DNA of 64,000 nt from Gnetum montanum (Eukaryota > Plantae > Gnetophyta): positions 208,847 to 272,846 of the forward strand of contig MNCI01001886.1 in NCBI GenBank assembly GCA_015680685.1, written 5' to 3'. A model generated the notes under the pieces. That model was not told the DNA's origin, searched no databases, and was given only the letters and a program-made list of their open reading frames with translations. Shown one piece after another: positions 35,665-48,067 of this stretch (position 1 is the first letter of the stretch; each line of letters starts with the position of its first letter). The position numbers and the translations under genes are program-made.

Positions 35665-37960
35665 TAATAAATATTTAAATTATAAGCATTCACTAAAATA
35701 AATATTACATCAATGACATCATAAATTTCATAATGATCTCAGCTGAAACATCTTACATAAAGAAATATGATAAGTTCTCATTATCACTACATAATTCATA
35801 ATCTATATAAGTCTACTATAAAAGATCAAATATGTGAATAAAATTAATATACATATACTTATGAATAACATATAATTTCATATTATATTATGAGCACTCC
35901 TATATACCACATGTACTCCATGCTCTTCCTAGCTTGAAGTACCTATATAGAAAACAAAAATATTAGCTATCATTCAGTGAGTAAACTTGGCACCATCTTT
36001 CAGCTGAATCAAGGATAGGTCTCGTGGGGGCTAGGTAGGGCATGAAAACCTACAAAATAATCAAAGTAAAGCATATGCAAAAATACAACTTGTATAGCAT
36101 CCAATATCATTCATCACAAACATTCCAAAACACACAACCATCATAAACATCCATCAAGAATGGGATCAATCCATTTGACCATCATAATGGTTCAAAACCA
36201 ACAACCATCTTCTCCATCCATAAATTGAGAAAACAAGAAGGCTAACATGCAACAAACTCAATGTCAATGTGTATCAAGTTGTCATGAATGCTTTCCAATT
36301 TCCAACCCAAAGCTTTCAACAAAATATCAAATTACCATGCAAATGGATTTATTATTAGAATTAATTAATCAAGGTGATCCCTATGGATACCTCACCAAGA
36401 TTTGAACCAAGGTGGTCCATATGGATTACCCACCAAGGTTTCCAAACATACTAGTTCTAGAGGTGTTCTTGTGAATACCCACCTCTAGATTTCTAGAGGC
36501 ATCCAACAAGACCAATGAGCCATGGATCACCTTATCTTACCAACTGGGCCTATAGCGATAGCTAAACTAGTGCATTGATAGTGGTGATTAGTCAAAAAAA
36601 TTATCTCCATGGAGCCTCATCTCCAATAGGCCACATATGCCACATCCTTCGTGCTAGATCCATTATCCAATCACATAGCAAACAATCAAACCATGACATC
36701 ATCTAGCCATCTCACAATGGAAAAAAAACATTGATGGTGGAGGGACTAAATAAAACATGGACCATCAATCCAACATGTCATAATTCAATTTAAATTTCAA
36801 CAATTCCAATTCTCTAAGTATCCAACAAGATCCAATCAACCAAGGTTCCAAGACATATTCAAGGGATCCAAAACCTCCAAAATTTCAACACTCATTCACA
36901 AAACCATGCCTAACAAAATACATGTCCAAAATGTTCATATATTTACAATCAATTAAGATCCAAATTCTTTCAAAACTTTGCAATGGGTAATACCAAACAA
37001 TAAATACAAAAGGATACATAGTAGTATAAGGATCAAAAGGTAGAAAATGATTCCCAAATTATGATTTACGAAATCTTAAGAAAACTGGAGAGCCATAATG
37101 AAACTATTATAACTCATACATCCCTATTAATTTACTTATAATTAATGATTAATATGAAAGATAATATCATTACCTAGTTACTGTAAAAATAGTTTAAAAA
37201 TGAAAGATTCAAAGCTATAGATATTAGTCCAACATTCTAGGTAATTAGAAATAGAGAAAAAATGAGTGTTTGATAGTAAATTGCTAATAACTAAAAAAAA
37301 TAGAACCTTTTGAATTGATTATACTTATGATGTGAACATAATAGAAAATGATAAGTCTCATAAAAATTGCAACAAAAATACACTATATATAAGAGGTTAT
37401 GAATAGATGAATCTTTGTATTGCATTTCTACATAATTTCATATAGCTCTTAGAGATGGGCTTCTAACTCTTGCTATATATATTTATTTTCAATTATTCTA
37501 CATTTATATGTCTCCTATTAAACATATTTATAACGTATCACAAATTTAGCACTACATATATAACCAATATCGAGATATAACCTTAACTTTATACCCTAAT
37601 GAAATTACTATTATTCTGGGTAGTGTTAAACGAATGACCTACAACACCTCATCTACCATGAATTTCTATAGGGGTTCCACATGAACATTGTATATAATTT
37701 CATGTGGAATCCATTGATAGGTAGATTGTAATCATATTAAATGTATAGAGAGATATACGAGTATTCTACCAAGCACTATACAGATCATCTTGAACACTCT
37801 AAAATGTAAGATTCATAGAAAGTACAATAAATAAAGAAAAATAAAAAATCCACCACTAAAACTCTAGATCCATAATTTTTTAGCATAAAAAATCAGAAAT
37901 ATACTAGATCTAAAAAGTTTACATGAATTAAAAACAAAACCCAAGCTTGATCAATGCAAA
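33503..37960. repeat. Segmental duplicate, copy 2 (~4.4 kb)
   Basis: Direct repeat of 22060-26490. The (TA)n at ~35635-35662 is longer than its counterpart at ~24138-24150. Confidence 0.92.
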
Positions 37961-38553
37961 AACTTAGCGAACTAACACAACCATCAAAAGGAGGCCAAGC
38001 TTACTCACCTAAATGTTGCTAGCTTTTATTAATTAAGTCTTTTCATGTGCTTCAACAATATCCTTACACTCGTCCAAGCCAATAGCCCTGCAACCCAAGA
38101 GGTAAGAGACTAAGAATGCTTTAGATTCAGGGAGTGGATAGTACTTAAAGGCTTCTTCACTACTCCATCTACCCCAACCCATGTGACCTAGCTATCCTCT
38201 CTCATCTACCTCCAAGACTCATGTGACTCATATACTTTCTCCCCTTTAGTCTGAGCAAGAACCAAAGTAAAATTAAAATTACAAATTACATGAATAAATC
38301 ACATGTTATACCATCATAACCATCATAGCCATACCATGCCCATGCCAAAGCCTTCATGAGAACCTGCTACAACTCATTCACCTAGTTAGTGCACATTAGT
38401 TATAGGTAAAATCATTAATCATGCATAATGGTAAAAATGAGTAATAAAAATTTATCATATGCTAAGAAAAATTAATCATTCATATATATATATAAAATAT
38501 TATTTACCATCATCAACCATTTTGCAACCTTTACTTAAATATGGGTTGTTGCA
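35440..38553 (-). repeat. Solo LTR (~3.1 kb, chromovirus/Tekay-like) inserted in gag-PR of element 2
   Basis: Ends GGGTTGTTGCA followed by ACACT. The other terminus TGTAATACCC, preceded by GCACT, survives in duplicate 1 (23944-23958). Removing the LTR restores FVIRV-RPPTTT, colinear with 59270-59345. Confidence 0.75.
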
Positions 38554-38558
38554 ACACT

Positions 38559-40900
38559 CTAATAACAAATGGTTCTTTGGAAGGCACTAGTCATGGTATC
38601 CTTATGATAAAATATTTCCTTGAACTTGAAGAAGTTGAGGCCCTTTCATCACAAGGAGACACCCAAATCATAAATGGCTCTCAAGAAGGTTTAGAATTGT
38701 TGCTGATGTTGAATGTGGCTATTGTATAGGGATCATTGTTACCATTTAATGGATCCTTGTATACCTACATGTGTTGGTTTTAGGACTTAATAGGGTTGAA
38801 AGCACCTAATACTAACTCTTCATTTTCTATCATATTTTTTCAAGTCACCCTTTAAGGTCAAGAAAAAATCAATATCATGACCAGGAAACTAGCGATAGTG
38901 GTAGAATCAATCTTGTTTGAAATATTTTGGCACTGGAGGATCATCCTTGGTTGCTATAGTGGGATCCTTAGAAATTTCCCATAGATGATCATGCATCTTA
39001 TAGGCATTCTTAGTCATTTTCTTATATTGGATATGATCACTTTTCAGCAAATAGTCAAGGATCTCAAATGGTTTCAAGGGAAACTTTATATATTTGGATC
39101 AATCCTTTCTCTTGAAGCTAGGAGTAGATTGGTTAGATGTAGAGGCTCTCATCATTGAAGGTTGAGCTATGGTCATAGGAGACTTTGGTTGATTTTTTTT
39201 AGCCCCTACATTATCTTATTTTCTTTGGCCACAGTGGCTACAGCTACATGGTTTTGCTTCTCTTTTTTCTTTTTATTTCATGTATATTAATTCTTGTATG
39301 TCACATAGGGAAGATATTGGCTAGCTTTAGTAGCATCCTCTATGTTTTACATTTATGAGAAAGCTTGACTAAGGGACTGTGGATCTATGTAATAGAGTTT
39401 GGATCAATCCTAAAGTCATTAACTACTATCTTGAATATGGCTAGAAGATGTGTCTTAGTTATGGGTTTAGGAATCTCATTTAGAAGAGCATTCCATCATT
39501 GTATGAAATTTTGCATAGGTTCAAGAAGCCCCTACTTGACTTTCATCAGTTGATCAAGAGTCATATCAGGTTTTAAGTTATACTTGAAATGGTTAACGAA
39601 CTATAAAAATAAGTCCTCTAGTGAGATAATGGATCCTCTAGGTAATTCCCACTACAAGTCCAAAGCTTTCTCGATGAGGAACATAGGGAAGACAAACATA
39701 ATGGTATGAGGCCAAGCTTGTAACAATAACCACTTGAAATAGAAGGCAATGAGGTATGAGTTGGAATCATCATCATCATTGTATTTGGTAAACTAGGGGA
39801 TGGGAATGCCAACAAAAAGAGTTATATCTGGGATAGTAGGACTAATGTGATCATCTAGGTAGAAATCCATTATCTTAACTATCTAAGTAGTAGAGGCTTT
39901 AAGGTTTTTTAGATTTTTGGTGAGGTCTTGGATCATCTAGAAGGGTTGATCTAGACCTTGGAGCATCCCCATGGATTGTGGCATTTATGTAGATGGCTAT
40001 GGAGGGAGTTGGGAGGCTTGGGGCTATGCAATGGGTAGTGGTAATGATGGAAGAGGCTGGGTGATCATGATGTTAGAAGTTTTAAACAAAAAAAAAGTCT
40101 TGCATTGGGACTTGGGGGATGAAGGGGACAAAAGATGTGTGAGAAGATTGCATAGCCTCGGGGCTCATAGAGGAGCCCACCAAGATGAAGAAAGAATGAG
40201 ATGTGGTAGACACCATGGATGATGATCATTTGAAGCAAGGTTGTGTTGCAAATGGAATTATTAGAAAAAAGGAAGTAGATTGAGGCATCAGTTGAGATTA
40301 ATATGTGGCAATAATAGGTTTTGATATAAACACCATGGGATGAACAAAATAGGAAGAATGTTAAGGAACTTGTCCTACAAATGACACAAGAGTTGTAAAA
40401 TAGGTAGTAGTTGTTAGGGAAGCCGATTGTTGGAAGAGGTTTTTAATAAATTTGTATGATTCTTGTTCCACCTCAAATTCATTTTGCTCCTCAATGTGTA
40501 CATCTGAGAAAATACCCTAACTTCACTCAGTGACATCTAAAGTTGTATTATTAGGTGAGCATAGAAATCGATTAAAGGGATATTGTCATATGCTAATTGG
40601 ATGTATTCTTTTCCATTTTGATTTATGATTTGAAACTAATGCTTAGCGTCATACTTAGAACATGGTATGAGGAGACTAGCCTATATTTTGGCACATAGAA
40701 AGTTATAAAATTCCTCATTAGTAACAAAAAAATTTGGGTTCTTTCCCCTCTCCCTAAGTGACTATCTACACTCTATGTCTACTGGGTCTTTTGGGTCATA
40801 AACATGAACTCCATCTAGTTTAGGGGCAATGTAGGGGAGGTTAAGTGATAATATGGTGGAAAGATGAAAAGGAATTAAGGAAGCATCAACTTGAGTAATA
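38559..40900 (-). pseudogene. Degenerate gag of element 2
   Basis: VNHFKYNLKPDMTLDQLMKVK..MQNFIQ*WNALLNEI. N-terminal part (YDPKD) is homologous to 57900-58350. Confidence 0.85.
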
Positions 40901-41287
40901 ATCTAGAAGGTTTTGCTAATGCTAAAAAATTAGGAAGAGGTTCTAGCATATGAACTACAACCATAACTATACAATTAAAAATAATAATTATTATTGTTTT
41001 TAAATTTTCTCTAGTGTATGATGGGTAGGGATGCTATTCATTACAATAAAAATAATTTAAAAAAAACTCAAAGTTACATGTTGTAGGGAGTGAGGACTAT
41101 GTTGCCAACTACACTATAACTAGTGGTAGAAAAAATTATGTTTTGGCAAAAAACTAGTTGTGCTGCAATAGATAAAACAAACAATGATTTTTTGATTAAA
41201 CTACTAAAAATAGATTTAGACAAGAAAACACTACAATAGGTTTAGAGGAAGAAGTTAGATAGAGGCACACCTCTTAGTGCCAAAGAT

Positions 41288-42318
41288 TGTAGTGATGGAA
41301 AAATTCAGTGCTAGAGGATTAAATAATCTTGTTAGATGAATTTAAATTATAGGTCCACAAGCCTCAACAAGGATCTATAGGAACCTCAAATGGTCTTGCT
41401 AATTGAATGAGAACTTAGAGGTTTTGTTACCAAGTGATAAGAAATGCAAATGAATCATCTCAATTTTAAAACATAACATTGAAGACCTGAATGGGAAAAT
41501 GACAAAACAAAGATAGAACTATAACTTTGATATTAATGCTATGAAATAAAATGTTATAACCAAATGTTTACGATATATATATTTAGGGTTTTAGAAAACC
41601 CAAAATATGCAATAGCATCCTTAAGATCTAATACAATGACAAGGTGTATTCTACAACATATCCACATGAATCTGCTCCTTAACTTCACTTAATTGATTGG
41701 TGGTCTACACAATGAAAGAATGATGGTGGTCATCATGAACTTTTGGGCATCTACATTTCTTTAAATTCTCAATTCAATGTAGATACAAAATGCCAAAAGT
41801 CCTTCCAATGAAATGGAATGTTATTTAAATAAGCCTCGGATGTCCTAATTTATCACTGATTGTTTATGTGATGATTGTTGTAGATGTTTAGCAAATTTTA
41901 TCATACCTACGACACCTTCATATAGTGTACTAATAATTTTAGCTGATTTTCATTCTCTAAAACTACCTTTGTATGCTACCTAGTGTTAAAATTGATGCCC
42001 AACATACAGGATTAAAATCCAACTTTTGTGCACCATCTTTGTTTGCTATTTACCATACAAAACTATAATGCTCAACATACAAGGCTAAGATACAAAATCT
42101 TATAGCTTTTGAAGCATCATTAGCTTCCATAAGTTGGTATACATGGGTTATGTAGCTTTTGTAAGCTAGGATGCATGAGGTCTTAGACTATAGTAACATG
42201 AGGCCATAATGCCAAATGTTTGGGAAAATAAGGCAATTGTATTTGACTTTATTTTTCCACCAAATTACAAAAAAGTTTGGCCATGGGTTATAATGTGAAT
42301 TTCTTTGGGATTTTTTCA
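41288..42318 (-). repeat. 5' LTR of element 2
   Basis: Minus strand starts TGAAAAAATCCCAAAG and ends CATCACTACA before the PBS. 42060-42318 is homologous to 60300-60588. Confidence 0.7.
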
Positions 42319-42329
42319 ATCATAATGGT

Positions 42330-44210
42330 GTATGTTAATATAATATGATCTAATATTATATTGTATTATGACTAGTGGTATATGTTAGTATATTCTAGTG
42401 TCTCTTTTATGCTTATGCTTATGTCTATGCATCTTGAGGCTTGAATCCTTGACTACTTATTTACATCTATTATTGATAAATTTCTATTTTATGATAAGTA
42501 CACCATGATAAATTATCTTAGAATATTACGTAAAATATATCTTGAAATAATTGCTTATGTATTAGTGAGATTTGATCTTAGAATCTCTTGGTAATTATAA
42601 ATGTTTTATTATATGTTAGTGATATGTTTGAACCTTGGACCTTTCTCTTATTATATATATTTTAAAATTATTGATATTATTGAATTTTATTTCTTGAACA
42701 TTATTTCTTAATATTTGCTAATTTTTGATGCTTTTTGTGAAGGATAGGTTGGAAGATGATGGTGGTCCATTAGTGGTAGTTTATATTTATTATTTATATT
42801 TTTTTTCTTCTGTATTTGTATATTATTCTAAGATTTTTTAAATAATGTAAGAATATGGTCTAAAGGCATGTTAAATATTTAATTAAATTTTATTCCAATT
42901 ATTTTCTTATTTTATATTTATATATTTGAAATCCATTGTTGAACAATGTTGGCTATATCTAGTATTTTTTGGTGGCTTGAATGCATGGATATAGCTACTA
43001 GTGGACCATTTTAACTATTTTATGGATACATGTGACTCAATCTTGGAATTACATTGTTATTCTTAGAATTACATTGTTATTCTTAGAATTACATTGTTAT
43101 TCTTGGAATTTTCCAAACTCTATGTTATGTCTATAAATACTTAGCAAGACTAGCTTTCTTGGAGTCAATTATGCATCTCTTTCTCTCTCTCACTCTTGCT
43201 CTCTTACTCATGGTTGTATATTATATCTCTTGAAGCTTACTAGATATAAACTTATTCTTACTTAGTGAATTTGTTCTATCATTTGATCTCTCAAGGTAAA
43301 GAAAATATCCCTTCTTTCATCACTTTTCCCTAAATCTCAATCCTTTTCAAAGCTACCTTCTCAATTATTCTTCTTCTACTATTATGACACTAATTTATTA
43401 TTTTTAGTTTTGCAAATGATCCTAGTTTTCATTTTCATCTTTTCTTTCCATCTTTTTGGACATGTTGCATCATCATCTTTCTATTGTGTTGAGAGAATTT
43501 TAGCATGTTATGTAGAGTTGCATGACAATGATAACTTTGAATAAAAATACAACATCTAACAATAATAACTAGTGGGTGTTTTAGATGTATATTAATTTTT
43601 TGAAGATGTTGGAAACCTAGGAGGTAATAATTTGACTAGTCAGTCATAATAATTTAACTCTATAGTTGCTCCAAAAACATGGTGGTATGTAGTTAATATT
43701 GGTAGGATAATTGATAAAGATATAGTAGGACTTGTTATAGTAAGGTTTATTAGAAACTTTTGCCAACCTAGTGATATGTTTCTTGGATTGTCTTGCCATG
43801 GTTAAGTTGAATTCACAATTATCTCTTCAACCTAATGGCATATAACCTTGTATCAAAAAAAATTATGTGATAGTGAGGGGCTTAGATATTAGGATAGTTG
43901 TAAGGTTAATACTTGTAATAAACATAAGCCAATAGGTGATTTAAAATAAGGGTGGCCTAGAGAGCTAAGATTCCCAACTATGAGGCCTTGATGGCTAGTT
44001 TAAGTTAGTATTAACCTTATAGTTATTCAAATAAATGATATTGAAACCTCATGAGAATATCACTAATTAATTCTATGATAATTAGTACATTAATAATAAT
44101 GTTAAAGATATTAATAAATAGTTATGTTAATTGGTATTTACTGTTATTTCTAACAATATTCTTTGTAGCTTAAGCCTCATATTCTAGCTTCATTCCCAGT
44201 GGCATCAAGA
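42330..44210 (+). repeat. Probable LTR of another element followed by a decayed Met-PBS
   Basis: CTATAAATA at ~43132 followed by a CT-rich tract. TGGCATCAAGA at 44200-44210. Left boundary uncertain. Confidence 0.4.
43041..43110. repeat. 20-bp tandem repeat x3.5
   Basis: TCTTRGAATTACATTGTTAT repeated nearly perfectly. Confidence 0.9.
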
Positions 44211-44479
44211 TGAATTCCTCTATTGTGAAGATTTGCTAGTCCTTTCTACATGTGTTTCATGAATATTATAGTTGGATAATTGGATGGAGATTCTAGGTGA
44301 TGGTATCAATACTAGATTATAGTGCATAATAGAAGTGATGATGCAATTTGGGTAAAGGCTATAAGTATTGTTGTATATTTGAAGCCAGGTAAGTAATTTA
44401 TTCATGTTCCATAAGTAATTCCATGTTATTATTTATTGTATATTTTCAAGTATGATATTCATTTTACATGAATATGTAT

Positions 44480-47073
44480 TCTAGACATTCATTAAAAGCA
44501 TCATTATACACATTAAGTGACTTACCTAAGATGGATAATATTAAAATAGGAGCTAATGTGAGCTATTGTTTTACTTCAAACAATTTTTATTCATACTTTT
44601 TTTTACCATAAAATGGATAATTTTTGCATAATAACTTAGTTGAATGAGATGCAATCCTAAAAAAACTCTTAATAAATCTTCAATAATAACTTCCTAACTC
44701 TAAGAAACTTCTTACTTCTGCTATAATACTATGCCTTGTCCAATTCCAAATCACTTGAGTCATCATTGGATCCATTGTTATTTCTACTTTTGACATAATA
44801 TAACAAAGTTATTACACTTTTTTTTGTTTAAATAAGCAATTAGATGACTAAGCATATAACTATTTTTCTCTTAGTAGCTATAACACTTTTCTTACATGAT
44901 TCACATATTTATCCATCCTATTGGAATATACAAAAGTATCATCAATAAATACTATTACAAATTTATCAAAATAAGCCTTAATACATTATTCATTAAATCC
45001 ATAAATACTACAATAACATTTTTTAGTTGAAATGATCATACAAGAAATTCATAGTATTCATATCTTATTCTAAATGCAATCTTTTGGATATCCTTCTTTT
45101 AATTTTCAACTTAAAATATCTAGAATTCAAATTCATTTTATAGAATACATCTACATCACTAAGTTGATCAAATAAATTATCTATTTAGAATAAAGGATAT
45201 TCTTAATGGTAACTTCCTTCAAGCATCTATAGCTTATGCATAGCCTTAAGATTCCATCTATTTTAGAAATAATACTAGTGCACCCAAAGGAGTAATACTT
45301 GGTAAAACAAGATTTTTTTTCAAAGGTTCTTGCACTTCAATCTTGAGTTATATTAACTCAACTAGAGATATTTAATATAATACCTTAAAAATTAGTCTTA
45401 TTTCTCATTTAAGAGTAATTTCAACTTCTATTTGTCTTTCTGAATAAAACCATAATAATTCTTTTGCAAATACATGTTGAAATTCATTAATTACTAGAAT
45501 ATTAGAAATATCATCATTTTTATTTTCTAATTTAACAACATAAATGATAAAAATATGTTCAATTTTAAACATTTTCATGAAATTTTTGAAGAAAATCAAA
45601 TCAACCTTAATAGGTCTTTCTTTCTCTACTACCAAGAATTTTTGTTCATCCACTAACTCTAATTACATCATCTTAGTCTTAAAATAAAGGATGTCATTTA
45701 CTTACATAACTAATCATTTATTAAAATAATATCATATTCTCCTAAATCCTTAATAAATAAATTTAGAATCTACTCAATATATCCTTAGTGAAAGATCCTT
45801 AAATTCATTTTATACTATATATCCATTATGTTCCATATCTTGAACAAATAATAAAGTTTCTAAATTTTTTATATGATAAATTTAATCTTTCTACTATATC
45901 TCTATTAATAAAATAATGACTAGCTTCTAGATAAAAAATAATAAGAAGAGTCTCTACATAATATGTATTTTAGTCTAAACCATAATGCTAGGTTGTTCTT
46001 CTATATCTCTCCCTAATATAGAATAGATTTATCCTTGATTTATAGGTCTTCCACCCCTTCCTTGATTATTATTATCATTATATATTTTCTTGACCAGTCT
46101 TGAAATTATTAGTAGATCCTTTATTTTGTTGAAATGAATTAAGGCCAATGATTTCATTCTCCTATTATACATAGCATTTTTCCTCTTAAGCAACTTGAAA
46201 CACTTTCATTTAAAGTTACTAACTTCTTTACAATAGAAGAAAATATTAGATCTTGATGTAAATATAAAATTCAATGGCTAAGAAGGTCCATTTGGTTTGT
46301 TGGGACAATATTTAAGTAATCCATGTAGTCCCGTGGACTATTTAAATTCTCCTTGATTAACTATAAATAGTGCTTTTTTATTTTTCTTTCTATCTCTTCA
46401 AGTCGAATCATTTATTTTTTATCTTTTCACAATAATGACCATAGCTCATGCTTCTCATAGGATTTTGATGGAATATCTTAATCCTTTTTATAAATATCCT
46501 AATATGAAAAGCGTAATTTTGGAAGACATATTCACATAGTATTATAAACTTGTTATGATAACTATGAACAATCATGGATTCCTAAGATAGTTGATTAAAT
46601 TCCTCTTTTTTATTTTCTTTATAGGTCTTAGGAAAATATATTTTTTAAATACCTTAATAAATTTCTCCCACTATCATTTCATCTTCCTAGTGCCTAATTC
46701 TTTCTTTAGCATCCCACTATTGCCTAGACAAATCTTCTAGTTGAAAATGACTAGAGAGGTCTTCTTCATAGTAGTATAATATAAATTTTAAAAAATCAAA
46801 TCTAATCCATTTAGCCATTATATAGGTCCTCAATTATAGAAAAGATATACCTCCTAAAGCTATGAATTAGTTGAACATAGTGTTAGCCATTACCTTCATT
46901 TCTTTAGCCTTAATTATGGTTTTTTATTTTGGTTTTGCAAAAGGATTAATATATTTATAAAATTTTAGGTGATTTATGTATTTGGAGGATGTTATTATAT
47001 AATATGATTAATTTATCATAGTCTCCTTATTTTATATTAAATCATATTTACAACATCAAAGTTTTCATACCAA
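44480..47073 (-). mobile_element. Highly decayed chromovirus-like Ty3/gypsy gag-PR-RT remnant
   Basis: WDAKER (gag); VINEFQHVFAKEL..ERQIEVEITL; PSITPLGALVLFLKIDGILRLCISYRCLKEVTIKN; FMDLMN. Possible decayed PBS TGGTATGAAAAC at 47061-47072. Confidence 0.7.
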
Positions 47074-47479
47074 ATATAGAGAAATAACTAAAATCAATAA
47101 TTACAAGCATAGCTTACCCCTTTATTAAATATTTACAGCACATCTACATGCATAGGTTGCCAAAATAAGTAAATCATTAGAAAATATACATCATCTAAAA
47201 TGTTGTCTACAACATATACAAATATATATAAAAACTCAAGGGTCATTAGGCCTAGGCTTCTTTATTAAGCCATTTAAATAATCTCTAAGGAAATTTTGGA
47301 AAGATTGCTAAAGTATTTTACATTCCTCTATTCATTGCTGGAACTTCTTTAATAATTTAGAATACTATTCATGATCATTTTATTTTTCCTTAGATGTGCT
47401 AACCTTTTTATATACATATTTTTGTTTCAAATGAGATACATATTTCTCAGTAGTGAACCTTTAATTATCATAGGATTCC

Positions 47480-48067
47480 TATCATGTCCCCATTCCCAAA
47501 TGATGTTGTTGCATAACAAAGATGCTGCCTCTTCCTAACAAGTGTTATTGTTAACATAACAAGACCTAAAAGGGTAGTTGTAATTGAAACCAAAAGGGCA
47601 TGTTGTAATAGCAAACATGCCTCTTGAGGTAACCTTTGGGGGTTTGACCTATGGCATTTATACCTAGGCTTAGAGGTCATCCTAGACATGGAGTGGTGGC
47701 GCTAGTACAAGCAAGTAATGGGAGCAATGTGAAGCAAAATAAGAAGTGGACTAGCCATCCCTCCTAGCCAAGTTATAGGCCTAACCATGGTGGTAGTGCT
47801 AGATTACCTCTAAGGGATAGATGCCAAAAGGAGAAAACCCAAATGAACACTCTCAAATAATGATCCAAATACCCTATTCTATATTAATAAAGCATTCTTT
47901 TCTTTCTCTTTGTGCACTTTCTCTATTATTTCCTTCATGCATTATGTCTAATGTTACATATATTTGACGTTTGGTATATTTTCTTCTTACACATAATATC
48001 TAATACAATGTATATTTGACATTTTCTATGACAGACAGGGATGGGATGTCACAATTGGTATTAGAGC
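47480..48067 (+). repeat. Short LTR plus tRNA-Met PBS of a truncated element
   Basis: GGGATGTCACA ends at 48053, followed by TGGTATTAGAGC at 48056-48067. Left boundary approximate. Confidence 0.6.

Larger units (their letters stand above)
21528..42318 (-). mobile_element. Second, truncated Tat-type element (5' LTR, PBS, gag, PR, start of intron), interrupted by a solo LTR, a duplication and a caulimovirid
   Basis: LTR 41288-42318, PBS-like TGGCACTAAGAGG at 41270-41282, gag 38559-40900. The PR region is present twice (22660-23943, 34140-35440) and is homologous to 7300-8673. Confidence 0.8.

Noticed and set aside
23949-38553. Single LTR element whose internal region is the caulimovirid (MP-carrying retrotransposon)
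   Set aside because: The repeated blocks also include ~1.9 kb of Tat sequence outside the LTR, the first LTR copy is truncated, and there is no PBS/PPT at the junctions. A segmental duplication explains it better.
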